A DNA stretch of 64,000 nucleotides, taken from Thermodesulfobacteriota bacterium. GTDB lineage: Bacteria; Desulfobacterota_D; UBA1144; Nemesobacterales; JAJCZQ01. The stretch is taken from NCBI GenBank assembly GCA_965203965.1, contig CBDBDR010000017.1, forward strand, positions 640,001 through 704,000, written 5' to 3'. The notes under the pieces were generated by a model. That model was not told where the DNA came from and did no database searches. It saw only the letters and a list, made by a program, of their open reading frames with translations. Positions 23,716 through 32,755 of the stretch are shown here, in pieces. Each line of letters begins with the position of its first letter. Position 1 is the stretch's first letter. The translations under genes and the position numbers were made by a program.

Positions 23716-26373
23716 ATGAAGAATTTTATCATAATAGTCTTGATATTGTTTTCCTCAAATATATTCAAGGAGAATCTAATGAGTGCAGAGCTTACTGATA
23801 AACAAGGAGTATCCAAGTTTCTTTTGGACAATGGATTGACGGTAATATTACAAGAAAACAACTCATCCCCGGTAACCGCGGTGAACGTATGGGTAAAAAC
23901 CGGAAGCACTTGCGAAGTTGAAGGAGAATACGGATTGGCTCACGTCCACGAACACATGCTTTTTAAGGGAACTGAAAAACGTGCTCTGGGAGAGATAGCT
24001 AAAACTATTGAAGCAGGAGGCGGAGATATAAACGCCTATACATCGTTTGATGAAACCGTTTATTACGTTGTCAGTGCAAGCAGGTTTTTAAGGTCCACGT
24101 TGGATATCCTTGCAGATGTAATGCAAAACTCCACTTTTGACCCCATAGAACTTGAAAAAGAACTTGAGGTAGTTCAAGAAGAAATCAGGAGAGGCAATGA
24201 TACGCCCGGCAGAGTGTTGAGCCAGAAATTGTTTTCAACGGTTTATGATAAACATCCTTACAAAAGACCTATAATTGGCACAAAAGAAAGCGTTGATTCG
24301 TTTACCAGAGAAAAGATCCTGAATTTTTATAACAAATGGTATAGCCCTCAAAATATGGCACTGGTAATTGTGGGAGACTTCAAAAGCAAAGAGATCATTC
24401 CGGTCATTCAAAAAACATTTGGAAAACTCAAAAAAAGAAATTTTTCTGAATGCAAAATTCCCGTTGAGCCAAAGCAGAAAACAATCAAGACTTTTGTTAT
24501 AGACAAGGATATAAACGAAGCATATTTTTCCCTTGCCTTTCACGTCCCAGATATTAAGCACGAGGACACCCCGATAATCGACGTTATATCCAATATTCTG
24601 GGTGGAGGAGAAAGCTCAAGGATGAACAGGAAAGTAAAAGAGGAAATGGGTCTTGTAAACTCAATTTACTCATACTCATACACTCCAAAACACAGCGGCA
24701 TCTTCGTAGTTGGTGGAACTCTTCAACCGGACAAGGTTGATGACGCTTTTAGAGAAATTATCAAACAGGTTTATAAACTGAAGCATCTGACCGTTGGCAA
24801 TGAAGAGCTTAAAAAAGCACGGGTCAATATTGAAAGTGAGTTTATCTACTCAAAAGAGACAATGCAGGGACAAGCACAAAAGCTCGGGACATTTGAAATT
24901 GACGCTGGTGATTACAGATATGAACATCAGTATATTGATAAGATAAGCAATGTAACACCTGAGAAAATAAAGCAAGTTGCCAATAAGTATTTTACGGATT
25001 CAAATATCACGGCAGGTGTATTACTTCCATCCGACCAGAAAACAACCACCAAAGACGAGCTGAAAAGCACTGTACTTGACCAAGTGAGACTTATTGAGTC
25101 CGAGTATGCCAAAAAGCCAATACCGAGTGCTGAAAACAAAACCACCAGAAAGGTATTGAAAAATGGAATAAGGGTATTGATCAAGGAAAATCATTCTGTC
25201 CCTATATTTTCCGCAAAAGCGATATTCTTAGGCGGTGTAAGATATGAAAATGAAGACACGAACGGACTTTCAAATTTCCTGTCCGAGATGTCTACAAGGG
25301 GAACTAACAATCGCACTTCAGAGGAAATAGCACTGGAAATTGATTCTATCGCCGGAGAGCTTAACGGGTTTTCAGGAAGAAACAGCGTCGGGGTTACAGT
25401 TGAATCATTGAGCAAGAATTTCCATCAAGCAATGGAGTTGTTTGGAGACGTTGTTTTAAATCCCTCTTTTCCAGAGGAGGAAATAGAAAGGGCGAGGAGA
25501 AATATTATCTCGGACATAAAAAAACAGGATGACAACCTGCTTAGAAAATCTATCAATCTTTTTCTAAAATCTCTCTATACCGAACACCCTTACCGTTTCA
25601 GCACACTTGGTAACATGGAAAATGTTAAAAAGTTCAATAAAAACGACCTTATCACCTTTTACAAAAAATTAGCTGACCCCTCTAATCTTGTAATATCTAT
25701 CGTTGGAAGTGTGAACACGGATGAAGCAATGGCATTAATAGAAAAACATTTCGGCAACATGAAAGGGTCAGGTCTTGTTAGACTTACTCTCCAGAATGAG
25801 AAAAAACAGGACGATATAAGGGAAAAAACAGCTTACGAAACGGACAAATCCCAAACTCACATTATACTTGGTTTTCAGGGACCCACTTTTTACGATAAGG
25901 ACTACCACGCCTTTAAGGTTCTCAATGCAATACTTGCAGGGCAAGGAGGCAGACTGTTCATTGAATTGAGAGACAAAAAAAGTATGGCTTATGTAATCAC
26001 CTCGTTTCTATCTCCTGGAATTGAGAATGGATTTTTTGGAATTTATATAGGAACTGCCCCAAGTAAGGAAAAAGAAGCAATAGAAGGAATAAAAAATGAG
26101 ATTACAAGACTGCTTCAGAATGGGATCACGGATGAGGAATTAGAACGAGCAAGAAACTACCTTGTCGGTGGCTTTGAAATAGCCTTACAGCAGAACTCCG
26201 CTCAAGCTAGTAGGATCGCTTCTGATGAGATCTATGGCATAGGATGGGATTCGTATTCCAAATATTCGGAAAAAATATTTGCCGTAAGTAAAGATGACGT
26301 TATGAGAGTAGCAAAAAAGTTTTTTGACCTTAATGCCTACACGCTCGCAATCGTGAAAAACGAGGATAATTAA
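23716..26373 (+). CDS. M16 family zinc peptidase (two-domain, PqqL-like)
   Basis: HxxEH (HVHEH), NAYTSFD, duplicated M16 halves; signal peptide from ATG 23716. Confidence 0.92.
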   Translation: MKNFIIIVLILFSSNIFKENLMSAELTDKQGVSKFLLDNGLTVILQENNSSPVTAVNVWVKTGSTCEVEGEYGLAHVHEHMLFKGTEKRALGEIAKTIEAGGGDINAYTSFDETVYYVVSASRFLRSTLDILADVMQNSTFDPIELEKELEVVQEEIRRGNDTPGRVLSQKLFSTVYDKHPYKRPIIGTKESVDSFTREKILNFYNKWYSPQNMALVIVGDFKSKEIIPVIQKTFGKLKKRNFSECKIPVEPKQKTIKTFVIDKDINEAYFSLAFHVPDIKHEDTPIIDVISNILGGGESSRMNRKVKEEMGLVNSIYSYSYTPKHSGIFVVGGTLQPDKVDDAFREIIKQVYKLKHLTVGNEELKKARVNIESEFIYSKETMQGQAQKLGTFEIDAGDYRYEHQYIDKISNVTPEKIKQVANKYFTDSNITAGVLLPSDQKTTTKDELKSTVLDQVRLIESEYAKKPIPSAENKTTRKVLKNGIRVLIKENHSVPIFSAKAIFLGGVRYENEDTNGLSNFLSEMSTRGTNNRTSEEIALEIDSIAGELNGFSGRNSVGVTVESLSKNFHQAMELFGDVVLNPSFPEEEIERARRNIISDIKKQDDNLLRKSINLFLKSLYTEHPYRFSTLGNMENVKKFNKNDLITFYKKLADPSNLVISIVGSVNTDEAMALIEKHFGNMKGSGLVRLTLQNEKKQDDIREKTAYETDKSQTHIILGFQGPTFYDKDYHAFKVLNAILAGQGGRLFIELRDKKSMAYVITSFLSPGIENGFFGIYIGTAPSKEKEAIEGIKNEITRLLQNGITDEELERARNYLVGGFEIALQQNSAQASRIASDEIYGIGWDSYSKYSEKIFAVSKDDVMRVAKKFFDLNAYTLAIVKNEDN

Positions 26374-26457
26374 TCCAATTAAGAAATATGAGACTAAAAC
26401 CCTCGTAATTCCATCTAATGGGCTCAAAAAACAAACAACTTTTTCAGCACAAGTTGT

Positions 26458-26757
26458 TTACTCGCCTTCAAGCAAATATTTATCGTAAACTTCTTTTGCC
26501 CAGAACAACTCAGTGCCGGACGATACCAATGCCACTTCCATTATAGCCTCTGCTATTTCCTCTTTACTGAAACCCGCTGCCATAGCTTTTTTTATCCTTG
26601 AACCGGTACAGTGGGGACACCTACCTTGAATAGCAACGGCAAGTGCTATCATCGCTTTTGATTTCTGGTCTAATTTGCTTTCACCTTCACAGGAATTGTA
26701 AAACTCCCACCACCCTTTTGCCATATCTGGTGCTTTCTCTTCAAACCATAGTGCCAT
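26458..26757 (-). CDS. carboxymuconolactone decarboxylase / AhpD-like protein
   Basis: LDQKSKAMIALAVA..CPHC..AMAAGFSKEEIAEAI; GGAGG RBS. Confidence 0.85.
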   Translation of the reverse strand: MALWFEEKAPDMAKGWWEFYNSCEGESKLDQKSKAMIALAVAIQGRCPHCTGSRIKKAMAAGFSKEEIAEAIMEVALVSSGTELFWAKEVYDKYLLEGE

Positions 26758-26825
26758 TTGATAAATCCTCCTTAATTGAAATAAATTTTATGATTAGCAG
26801 ACATTATACCACTAAATTGCACCAA

Positions 26826-26901
26826 AATGTGCTTCATACATTGAAAGCCATTTGGTGTTGTTATGGCTGGAAAAAATGAATTCTATCCATATAAGGATTA
26901 A
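26826..26901 (+). pseudogene. 3' remnant of an RtcB-like gene (copy A)
   Basis: NVLHTLK[+1 frameshift]PFGVVMAGKNEFYPYKD*; resembles the C-terminus I recall for a bacterial RtcB subfamily (HTLxPxGVAMAGxxEFDPYKD*). Confidence 0.6.
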
Positions 26902-26951
26902 GAAGATCGTTTTTGCTGTTTAATCTTTATAATGTTTCAAGCATTAACTGC

Positions 26952-29015
26952 TTACCATATTCCGCCAGCTTCTCTTAGGACTCTTACGGTTTCGGTATAA
27001 CCGTACTGTGCAGCCAAGCGTAGAGGCGTTTTGCCGTCTTTATTTTTAGTATTGACTTTAGCCCCGGCAGCAATCAAGGCTTTTACAGTTGCAGTTTGAC
27101 CGTACTGTGCAGCCAAGTGTAGAGGCGTAGAACCGTCATTAGCTTTAGCTTCAATGTTAGCCCCGGCAGCAATCAAGGCTTTTACAGTTGCAGTTTGACC
27201 GTACTGTGCAGCCAAGTGTAGAGATGTAGAACCGTCATTAGCTTTAGCTTCAGTGTTAGCCCCGGCAGCAATCAAGGCTTTTACAGTTGCAGTTTGACCG
27301 AGAAATGCAGCATCATGTAGAAGTGTAAAACCGTATTTACCTTTAATCCCAACAGCTTTCAGGATTTCTACTACTGTAGTGTGACGGTACCGCGCAGCCA
27401 AGTGTATAGGCATATTGCCGTCTTTATCTTTAGTACTAACGTCAGCCCCGGCAGCCATTATGGTTTTTACGATTTCGGTATGACCTTTCCTCGCAGCCAA
27501 ATGTATAGGCATATCGCCGTCTTTATCTTTAGTACTAACGTCAGCCCCAGCAGCTATCAGGGCTTTTACGATTTCGGTGTAACCCCTATTTACATGCCAA
27601 TGCAGAGGTATATTGCCGTCTTTATCTTTAGTCTTGACATCAGTTCCGGCGGCTATTAGAGCTCTTACGTTTTCGGTGCGACCCCAAAATGCAGCCCAGT
27701 ATAAAGGAGTATTACCGGATTTATCTTTAGCTTCAATGTTAGCCCCAGCAGCTATTAAAACTTTTACCGTTTCGGTGCGACCCTTATCTGCAGCCACGTG
27801 TAGAGGCGTACTGCCGTCTTTATCTCTAGTGTTGACGTTAGCCCCGGCAGCTATTAGGACTTTCACCGTTTCGGTGCGACCCTTATCTGCAGCCCGGTAT
27901 AAAGGCGTACCACCGTTTTTATCTTTAGCTTCAATGTTAGCCCCGGCGGCTATTAGGACTTTCACCGTTTCGGTGTGACCTTTTCCCACAGCCACGTGTA
28001 GAGGCGTACTGCCGTCATTAGCATCTTTAGCTTTAATATTGGCCCCAGCAGCTATTAAAACTTTTACCGTTTCGGTGCGACCCTTATCTGCAGCCACGTG
28101 TAGAGGCGTACTGCCGTCTTTATCTCTAGTGTTGACGTTAGCCCCGGCGGATAGTAAGGCTTTTACGGTTGTAACATTGTAACCGTACTGTGCAGCCAAG
28201 CGTAGAGGCGTACTGCCGTCTTTATCTCTAGTATCGACATCAGCCCCGGCAGATAGTAGGGCTTTTACGGTTGTAACGTTGTAACCGTACTGTACAGCCA
28301 AGCGCAGAGGTGTATCGCCGGATTTATTTTTAGTACCGACATCAGCCCCGGCAGATAGTAGGACTTTTGCGGTTGTAGTGTTGTAACCGTACTGTGCAGC
28401 CACGTGTAGAGGCGTATTGCCGTCTTTATCTTTGGCATTGACATAAGCCCCAGCGGATAGTAGGGTTTTTACGGTCGCGGTATGACCATACTGTGCTGCA
28501 AAATGTAGAGGTGTACTGTAGTCTTTATCTCTAATATTGACTTTAACACCAGCATAACTTAGAGTTTTTATGGTTGCAGTATGGCCACGCTGTACAGCCA
28601 AATGTAGATCGGATTCTTTCAGGACTTTTATGGTTGTAGTTTGACCACAATGTGCAGCCAAGCACAGAGGTGTATCGCCGGATTTATTTTTAGTATTGAC
28701 TTTAGCCCCGGCGGATAGTAGAACTTTTATGGTTGCAGTACGACCGTACTTTACAGCCCAGTGTAGAGACGTATTACCTTTTTCTTTATCTTTAGTATTG
28801 ACGTTAGCCCCCGCGGCTATTAAGGCTTTTACGATTTCTGTGTAACCTTTCCCCGCAGCCAAGTGTAGAGGTGTATCACCGTAGTATTTAGCTTTAGCTT
28901 CAATGTTAGACCCTGTGGCTATTAGGGTTTTTACGGTCTCGGTGTGACCTTCCCGTACAGCCAAGTGTAGAGGTGTAAGGCGGCCTTTATTATCTTTAGT
29001 TTCAATGTTAGGCAT
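26952..29015 (-). CDS. ankyrin repeat protein A (~21 repeats)
   Basis: Tandem 33-34 aa TPLHxAAxxG..VKxLIAAGA units. Start placed at ATG 29015 (GGAG RBS; equivalent to the start of paralog B) rather than 29075. Confidence 0.95.
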   Translation of the reverse strand: MPNIETKDNKGRLTPLHLAVREGHTETVKTLIATGSNIEAKAKYYGDTPLHLAAGKGYTEIVKALIAAGANVNTKDKEKGNTSLHWAVKYGRTATIKVLLSAGAKVNTKNKSGDTPLCLAAHCGQTTTIKVLKESDLHLAVQRGHTATIKTLSYAGVKVNIRDKDYSTPLHFAAQYGHTATVKTLLSAGAYVNAKDKDGNTPLHVAAQYGYNTTTAKVLLSAGADVGTKNKSGDTPLRLAVQYGYNVTTVKALLSAGADVDTRDKDGSTPLRLAAQYGYNVTTVKALLSAGANVNTRDKDGSTPLHVAADKGRTETVKVLIAAGANIKAKDANDGSTPLHVAVGKGHTETVKVLIAAGANIEAKDKNGGTPLYRAADKGRTETVKVLIAAGANVNTRDKDGSTPLHVAADKGRTETVKVLIAAGANIEAKDKSGNTPLYWAAFWGRTENVRALIAAGTDVKTKDKDGNIPLHWHVNRGYTEIVKALIAAGADVSTKDKDGDMPIHLAARKGHTEIVKTIMAAGADVSTKDKDGNMPIHLAARYRHTTVVEILKAVGIKGKYGFTLLHDAAFLGQTATVKALIAAGANTEAKANDGSTSLHLAAQYGQTATVKALIAAGANIEAKANDGSTPLHLAAQYGQTATVKALIAAGAKVNTKNKDGKTPLRLAAQYGYTETVRVLREAGGIW

Positions 29016-29175
29016 TATATAATCTCCAATTAACATAATATAAAGGCATAAAACCATCATTACCTTTAGCTTCAATGTTAACCCCAGCGGCTATTGAAAC
29101 TTTTACAGTTCTGGTGTGACCCTTCCCTGCAGCCCAGTTTAATAGCAAAATTTGAATGATCTTAATAGTAGTTAC
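29008..29175 (-). pseudogene. out-of-frame single ankyrin repeat upstream of ankyrin A
   Basis: LNWAAGKGHTRTVKVSIAAGVNIEAKGNDGFMPLYY in a different frame from the main ORF. Confidence 0.75.
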
Positions 29176-29256
29176 CTTCTTTTTGATGATTTTACTTCCG
29201 CTGAACAGAGTAAACTTTCCCTTCAACAATTACAAAGAGTTATAAATAAATCAGCC

Positions 29257-29301
29257 TCAAATCTTTTTTGTTGCAACAATAAACAACCTCTCGGATACAG
29301 A
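29257..29301 (-). pseudogene. duplicated 3' end of the SAM methyltransferase gene
   Basis: Encodes SVSERLFIVATKKI*, versus SGSERLFIVATKKI* at 31678-31722. Confidence 0.9.
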
Positions 29302-29314
29302 TGTTCTAAATTAA

Positions 29315-29404
29315 CGTAAGAATACTATTAAAATATTTCACACACTAAAACCACTTGGTGTTGTCATAGCTGGAGAAAATGAGTTTGATCCGTATAAGAA
29401 TCAA
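29315..29404 (+). pseudogene. 3' remnant of an RtcB-like gene (copy B)
   Basis: RKNTIKIFHTLKPLGVVIAGENEFDPYKNQ; stop codon TAA changed to CAA. Confidence 0.6.
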
Positions 29405-29457
29405 GAAGAGGGTTTTTGCTGTTTAATCTTTATGATGTTCCAAGTATTAACTGCTCA

Positions 29458-31434
29458 TCATATTCCGCCAGCTTCTTCCAGGATTTTTACGGTTTCGGTG
29501 TGACTGTGAAATACAGCCGCGCGTAGAGGCGTATTGCCGTATTTATCTTTAGTATTGACATTAGCCCCAGCAGCGAATATTAGGACTTTTGCGGTTGTAG
29601 TGTGACCTTTCTCTGCAGCCGCGTGTAGAGGCGTATTGCCGGATTTACCTTTAGCTTCAATGTTAGCCCCGGCAGCTATTAGGACTTTTGCGGTTGTAGT
29701 GTGACCTTTCTCTGCAGCCGCGTGTAGAGGCGTATTGCCGGATTTATCTTTAATATTGACATCAGCTTCGGCGGCTATTAGGACTTTTGCGGTTGTAGTG
29801 TGACCTTTCTCTGCAGCCGCGTGTAGAGGCGTATTGCCGGATTTATCTTTAATATTGACATCAGCTTCGGCGGCTATTAGGACTTTTGCGGTTGTAGTGT
29901 GACCTTTCTCTACAGCCGCGTGTAGAGGCGTATTGCCGTATTTATCTTTAGTATTGACATCAGCTTCGGCGGCTATTAGAACTTTTACGGTTTCTGTGTA
30001 CCCCCCCACTGCAGCCATGAGTAGAGGCGTACCAACGAATTCATTTTTAGTATTGACGTTTGCTCCAGCCACTATCAGGGCCTTTACGGTTTCAGTGCGA
30101 CCCCCAAATGCAGCCATGCGTAGAGGTGTATCACCGGATTTACTTTTAGCTTCAATATTGGCCCCGGCGGCTATTAGAACTTTCACCGTTTCAGTACCCC
30201 CAAATACAGCCCAGTATAGAGGTGTATAACCGGATTTATCTTTAGTATTGACATCAGCCCCGGCGGCTATTAGGACTTTCACCGTTTCAGTGCGACCCCC
30301 AAATGCAGCCATGCGTAGAGGTGTATCACCGGATTTACTTTTAGCTTCAATATTGTCCCCGGCAGCTATTAGAACTTTTACGATTTCAGTGTAACCTTCT
30401 CCCGCAGCCCGGTGTAGAGGTGTAAAGCCTTTATTAGCATCTTTAGCTTCAATGTTAGCCCCAGCGGCTATTAAGGCTTTTACGGTTACAATACGACCTT
30501 TCCGTACAGCCAAGTGTAGAGGCGTATTGCCGTCTTTATCTTTGGCATTGACATCAGCTCCGGCGGCTATTAGGATTTTTACGGTTGTAGTGTGACCTTC
30601 CCCAGCAGCCACGTGTAGAGGTGTAAAGCCTTCATTGGCATCTTTAGCTTCAATGTTATTAGCCCCACCAGCAGCTATTAAAACTTTTACGGTTGTAACG
30701 TTGTAACCGTACTGTACAGCCAAGCGTAGAGGTGTATTACCGGATTTATTTTTAGTATTGACTTTAGCCCCGGCAGCTATTAAAACTTCTACAGTTGTAG
30801 TGTTGTAACCGTACTGTGCTGCCAAGTGTAGAGGCGTATTGCCGTCTTTATCTTTGGCATTGATATAAGCCCCAGCGGATAGCAGAGTTTTTACGGTTGC
30901 GGTATGACCGTACTGTGCTGCAAAATGTAGGGGTGTACTGTAGTCTTTATCTCTAATATTAACTTTAACACCAGCATAACTTAGAGTTTTTATGGTTGCG
31001 GTATGACCACGCCGTACAGCCAAATGTAGATCGACTTCTTTCAGGACTTTTATGGTTGTAGTGTGACCGTAATGTGCAGCCAAGTGTAGAGGCGTATTGC
31101 CGTTTTTATTTTTAGTATTGACTTTAGCCCCGGCGGATAGTAAGGCTTTTGCGGTTGCAGTACGACCATATTGTGCAGCCCAGTGTAGAGACGTATTGCC
31201 TTTTTCTTTATCTTTAGTATTGACTTTAACCCCCGCGGCTATTAAGGCTTTTACGATTTCTGTGTAACCTTCCCCAGCAGCCATGTGTAGAGGCTTATCA
31301 CCGTAGTATTTAGCTTTAGCTTCAATGTTAGACCCTGTGGCTATCAAGGATTTTACGGTCTCAGTGTGACCTTCCCCAGCAGCCACGTGTAGAGGTGTAA
31401 TGCCTTTATTATCTTTAGCTTCAATTTTAGTCAT
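29458..31434 (-). CDS. ankyrin repeat protein B (~20 repeats)
   Basis: Tandem ankyrin units; first 8 repeats colinear with ankyrin A. Confidence 0.95.
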   Translation of the reverse strand: MTKIEAKDNKGITPLHVAAGEGHTETVKSLIATGSNIEAKAKYYGDKPLHMAAGEGYTEIVKALIAAGVKVNTKDKEKGNTSLHWAAQYGRTATAKALLSAGAKVNTKNKNGNTPLHLAAHYGHTTTIKVLKEVDLHLAVRRGHTATIKTLSYAGVKVNIRDKDYSTPLHFAAQYGHTATVKTLLSAGAYINAKDKDGNTPLHLAAQYGYNTTTVEVLIAAGAKVNTKNKSGNTPLRLAVQYGYNVTTVKVLIAAGGANNIEAKDANEGFTPLHVAAGEGHTTTVKILIAAGADVNAKDKDGNTPLHLAVRKGRIVTVKALIAAGANIEAKDANKGFTPLHRAAGEGYTEIVKVLIAAGDNIEAKSKSGDTPLRMAAFGGRTETVKVLIAAGADVNTKDKSGYTPLYWAVFGGTETVKVLIAAGANIEAKSKSGDTPLRMAAFGGRTETVKALIVAGANVNTKNEFVGTPLLMAAVGGYTETVKVLIAAEADVNTKDKYGNTPLHAAVEKGHTTTAKVLIAAEADVNIKDKSGNTPLHAAAEKGHTTTAKVLIAAEADVNIKDKSGNTPLHAAAEKGHTTTAKVLIAAGANIEAKGKSGNTPLHAAAEKGHTTTAKVLIFAAGANVNTKDKYGNTPLRAAVFHSHTETVKILEEAGGI

Positions 31435-31448
31435 TATATAATCCCTAA

Positions 31449-31595
31449 TTAAATGTAATATAAAGGCGTAAAACCGTCATTACCTTTAGCCTCAATGTTA
31501 GTCCCGGCAGCTATTAGAGTTTTTACAGTTACAGTTTGACCTTTCCCTGCAGTTCAGTGTAACAGCAAAAATTGAATGGTCTTAATGGTAGTCAT
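31449..31595 (-). pseudogene. interrupted ankyrin repeat upstream of ankyrin B
   Basis: MTTIKTIQFLLLH*TAGKGQTVTVKTLIAAGTNIEAKGNDGFTPLYYI*; TGA at 31554-31556 where copy A has TGG. Confidence 0.75.
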
Positions 31596-31677
31596 CTTCT
31601 TTTTGATGATTTTTCCCTCTGCTGAACAGAGTAAACTTTTCCTTCAACAATTACAAAGAGTTATGAACAAGTCAATT

Positions 31678-32394
31678 TCAAATCTTTTTTGTTGCAACAA
31701 TAAACAATCTCTCGGATCCAGAAGAGATCTTGGTTCTTTCCATGTCAAAAAACTTGATCGCCGTAAACCAACCACGTAGAGCATCTCTTATTTTCTGCAA
31801 AGAAAAAGCCCTTTCATAAAGCGTCTCTTCATGTTCCAGATATTGGTTATTGTCCAAATGCTCAAATATCCTCAGATGCCATTCATATATTGAACTGGAA
31901 TGAGAGACGTTCGTTATCAACACGTTCCTTTCAAATTCATGAACTAAAGGGGATGATCTTGAAAGTTTCTTCAACTTGTATTCCGTATTTGTATCAAATA
32001 TAAAAACCCCTCTCTTGTTCAGGTGCTTATGCACGTTGAAAAAAAGTTTTTTCCATTCGGAAAATTTTAAGAGATGATTGATAGAATCATTCATGCAGAT
32101 TATAACGTCAAACTTCTGATTTAAACTGAAGTTGACCATGTTGTTCTGGTATAGAGTAACGTGGCGGAATTTATGGTGTGCCATCGCAAGCATTATGGGG
32201 GAAATATCCAATCCAGTTACTTCATAACGTCCGTAAAGTTGTTTCATCAGGGTGCCAGTGCCACATGCAACCTCAAGCAATGAGCGGGCATCGGGGTTAC
32301 GTTCCTCTATGAATTTTCTTATCTGTTTTGCGACATCCTTCTGGTCACCCATTATTTCATCGTAGAATTTTCCAATGACGTTATACGGCTCCAT
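31678..32394 (-). CDS. class I SAM-dependent methyltransferase
   Basis: LLEVACGTG, GLDISPIML, FDVIICMNDSINHL, GVFIFD. Confidence 0.9.
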   Translation of the reverse strand: MEPYNVIGKFYDEIMGDQKDVAKQIRKFIEERNPDARSLLEVACGTGTLMKQLYGRYEVTGLDISPIMLAMAHHKFRHVTLYQNNMVNFSLNQKFDVIICMNDSINHLLKFSEWKKLFFNVHKHLNKRGVFIFDTNTEYKLKKLSRSSPLVHEFERNVLITNVSHSSSIYEWHLRIFEHLDNNQYLEHEETLYERAFSLQKIRDALRGWFTAIKFFDMERTKISSGSERLFIVATKKI

Positions 32395-32441
32395 GACCAG
32401 AGGACGGGAAGTAACTTCTATATTTAATTTATAAAGCGTTT

Positions 32442-32672
32442 TTAATGAACTTTATTATCTGGAATTAAAGCCATTGCCCAGATAGAAAGCATGAGTTCAT
32501 TTTTTTCATTCATTTCAATCTCTTCGCCACTAACCTGTGCCAGAGTATATCTGTAAGCAAACTGATTTACTTCATCAAACGTCAGCTCAACCGTTTTTTT
32601 TCCAGATCCACTAAACACAACCTGAAAACCTTCGTTTGTCTGAATTGCAGTAAAATTACTGTTCTTTTCCAT
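32442..32672 (-). CDS. small hypothetical protein
   Basis: 76-aa ORF with GGTGAG RBS filling the intergenic space. Confidence 0.6.
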   Translation of the reverse strand: MEKNSNFTAIQTNEGFQVVFSGSGKKTVELTFDEVNQFAYRYTLAQVSGEEIEMNEKNELMLSIWAMALIPDNKVH

Positions 32673-32755
32673 TTAACTCACCTGAACAATGAAACTAATC
32701 ATTAGTTGCTTATTTGTAAAGAGTTTTTTTTGCTATATAAATATCAGTTTTAAAG

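Larger units (their letters stand above)
26826..29301. repeat. ankyrin cassette copy A (diverged tandem repeat of 29315-31722)
   Basis: Non-coding flanks align: 26833-26960 with 29337-29465, and 29016-29301 with 31435-31722. Confidence 0.9.
29315..31722. repeat. ankyrin cassette copy B
   Basis: Same order of elements as copy A. Confidence 0.9.

Noticed and set aside
27381..30229. + strand ORFs with repeated motifs inside the ankyrin genes
   Set aside because: They are antisense frames kept open by the repeat structure.
26952..31434. Periodic repeats as a possible CRISPR array
   Set aside because: The ~99-bp period is in-frame ankyrin coding sequence. There are no unique spacers and no cas genes.
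26826..31722. Diversity-generating retroelement (template/variable repeat pair)
   Set aside because: There is no reverse transcriptase in the window. Differences between copies are not adenine-specific and include whole-repeat rearrangements.
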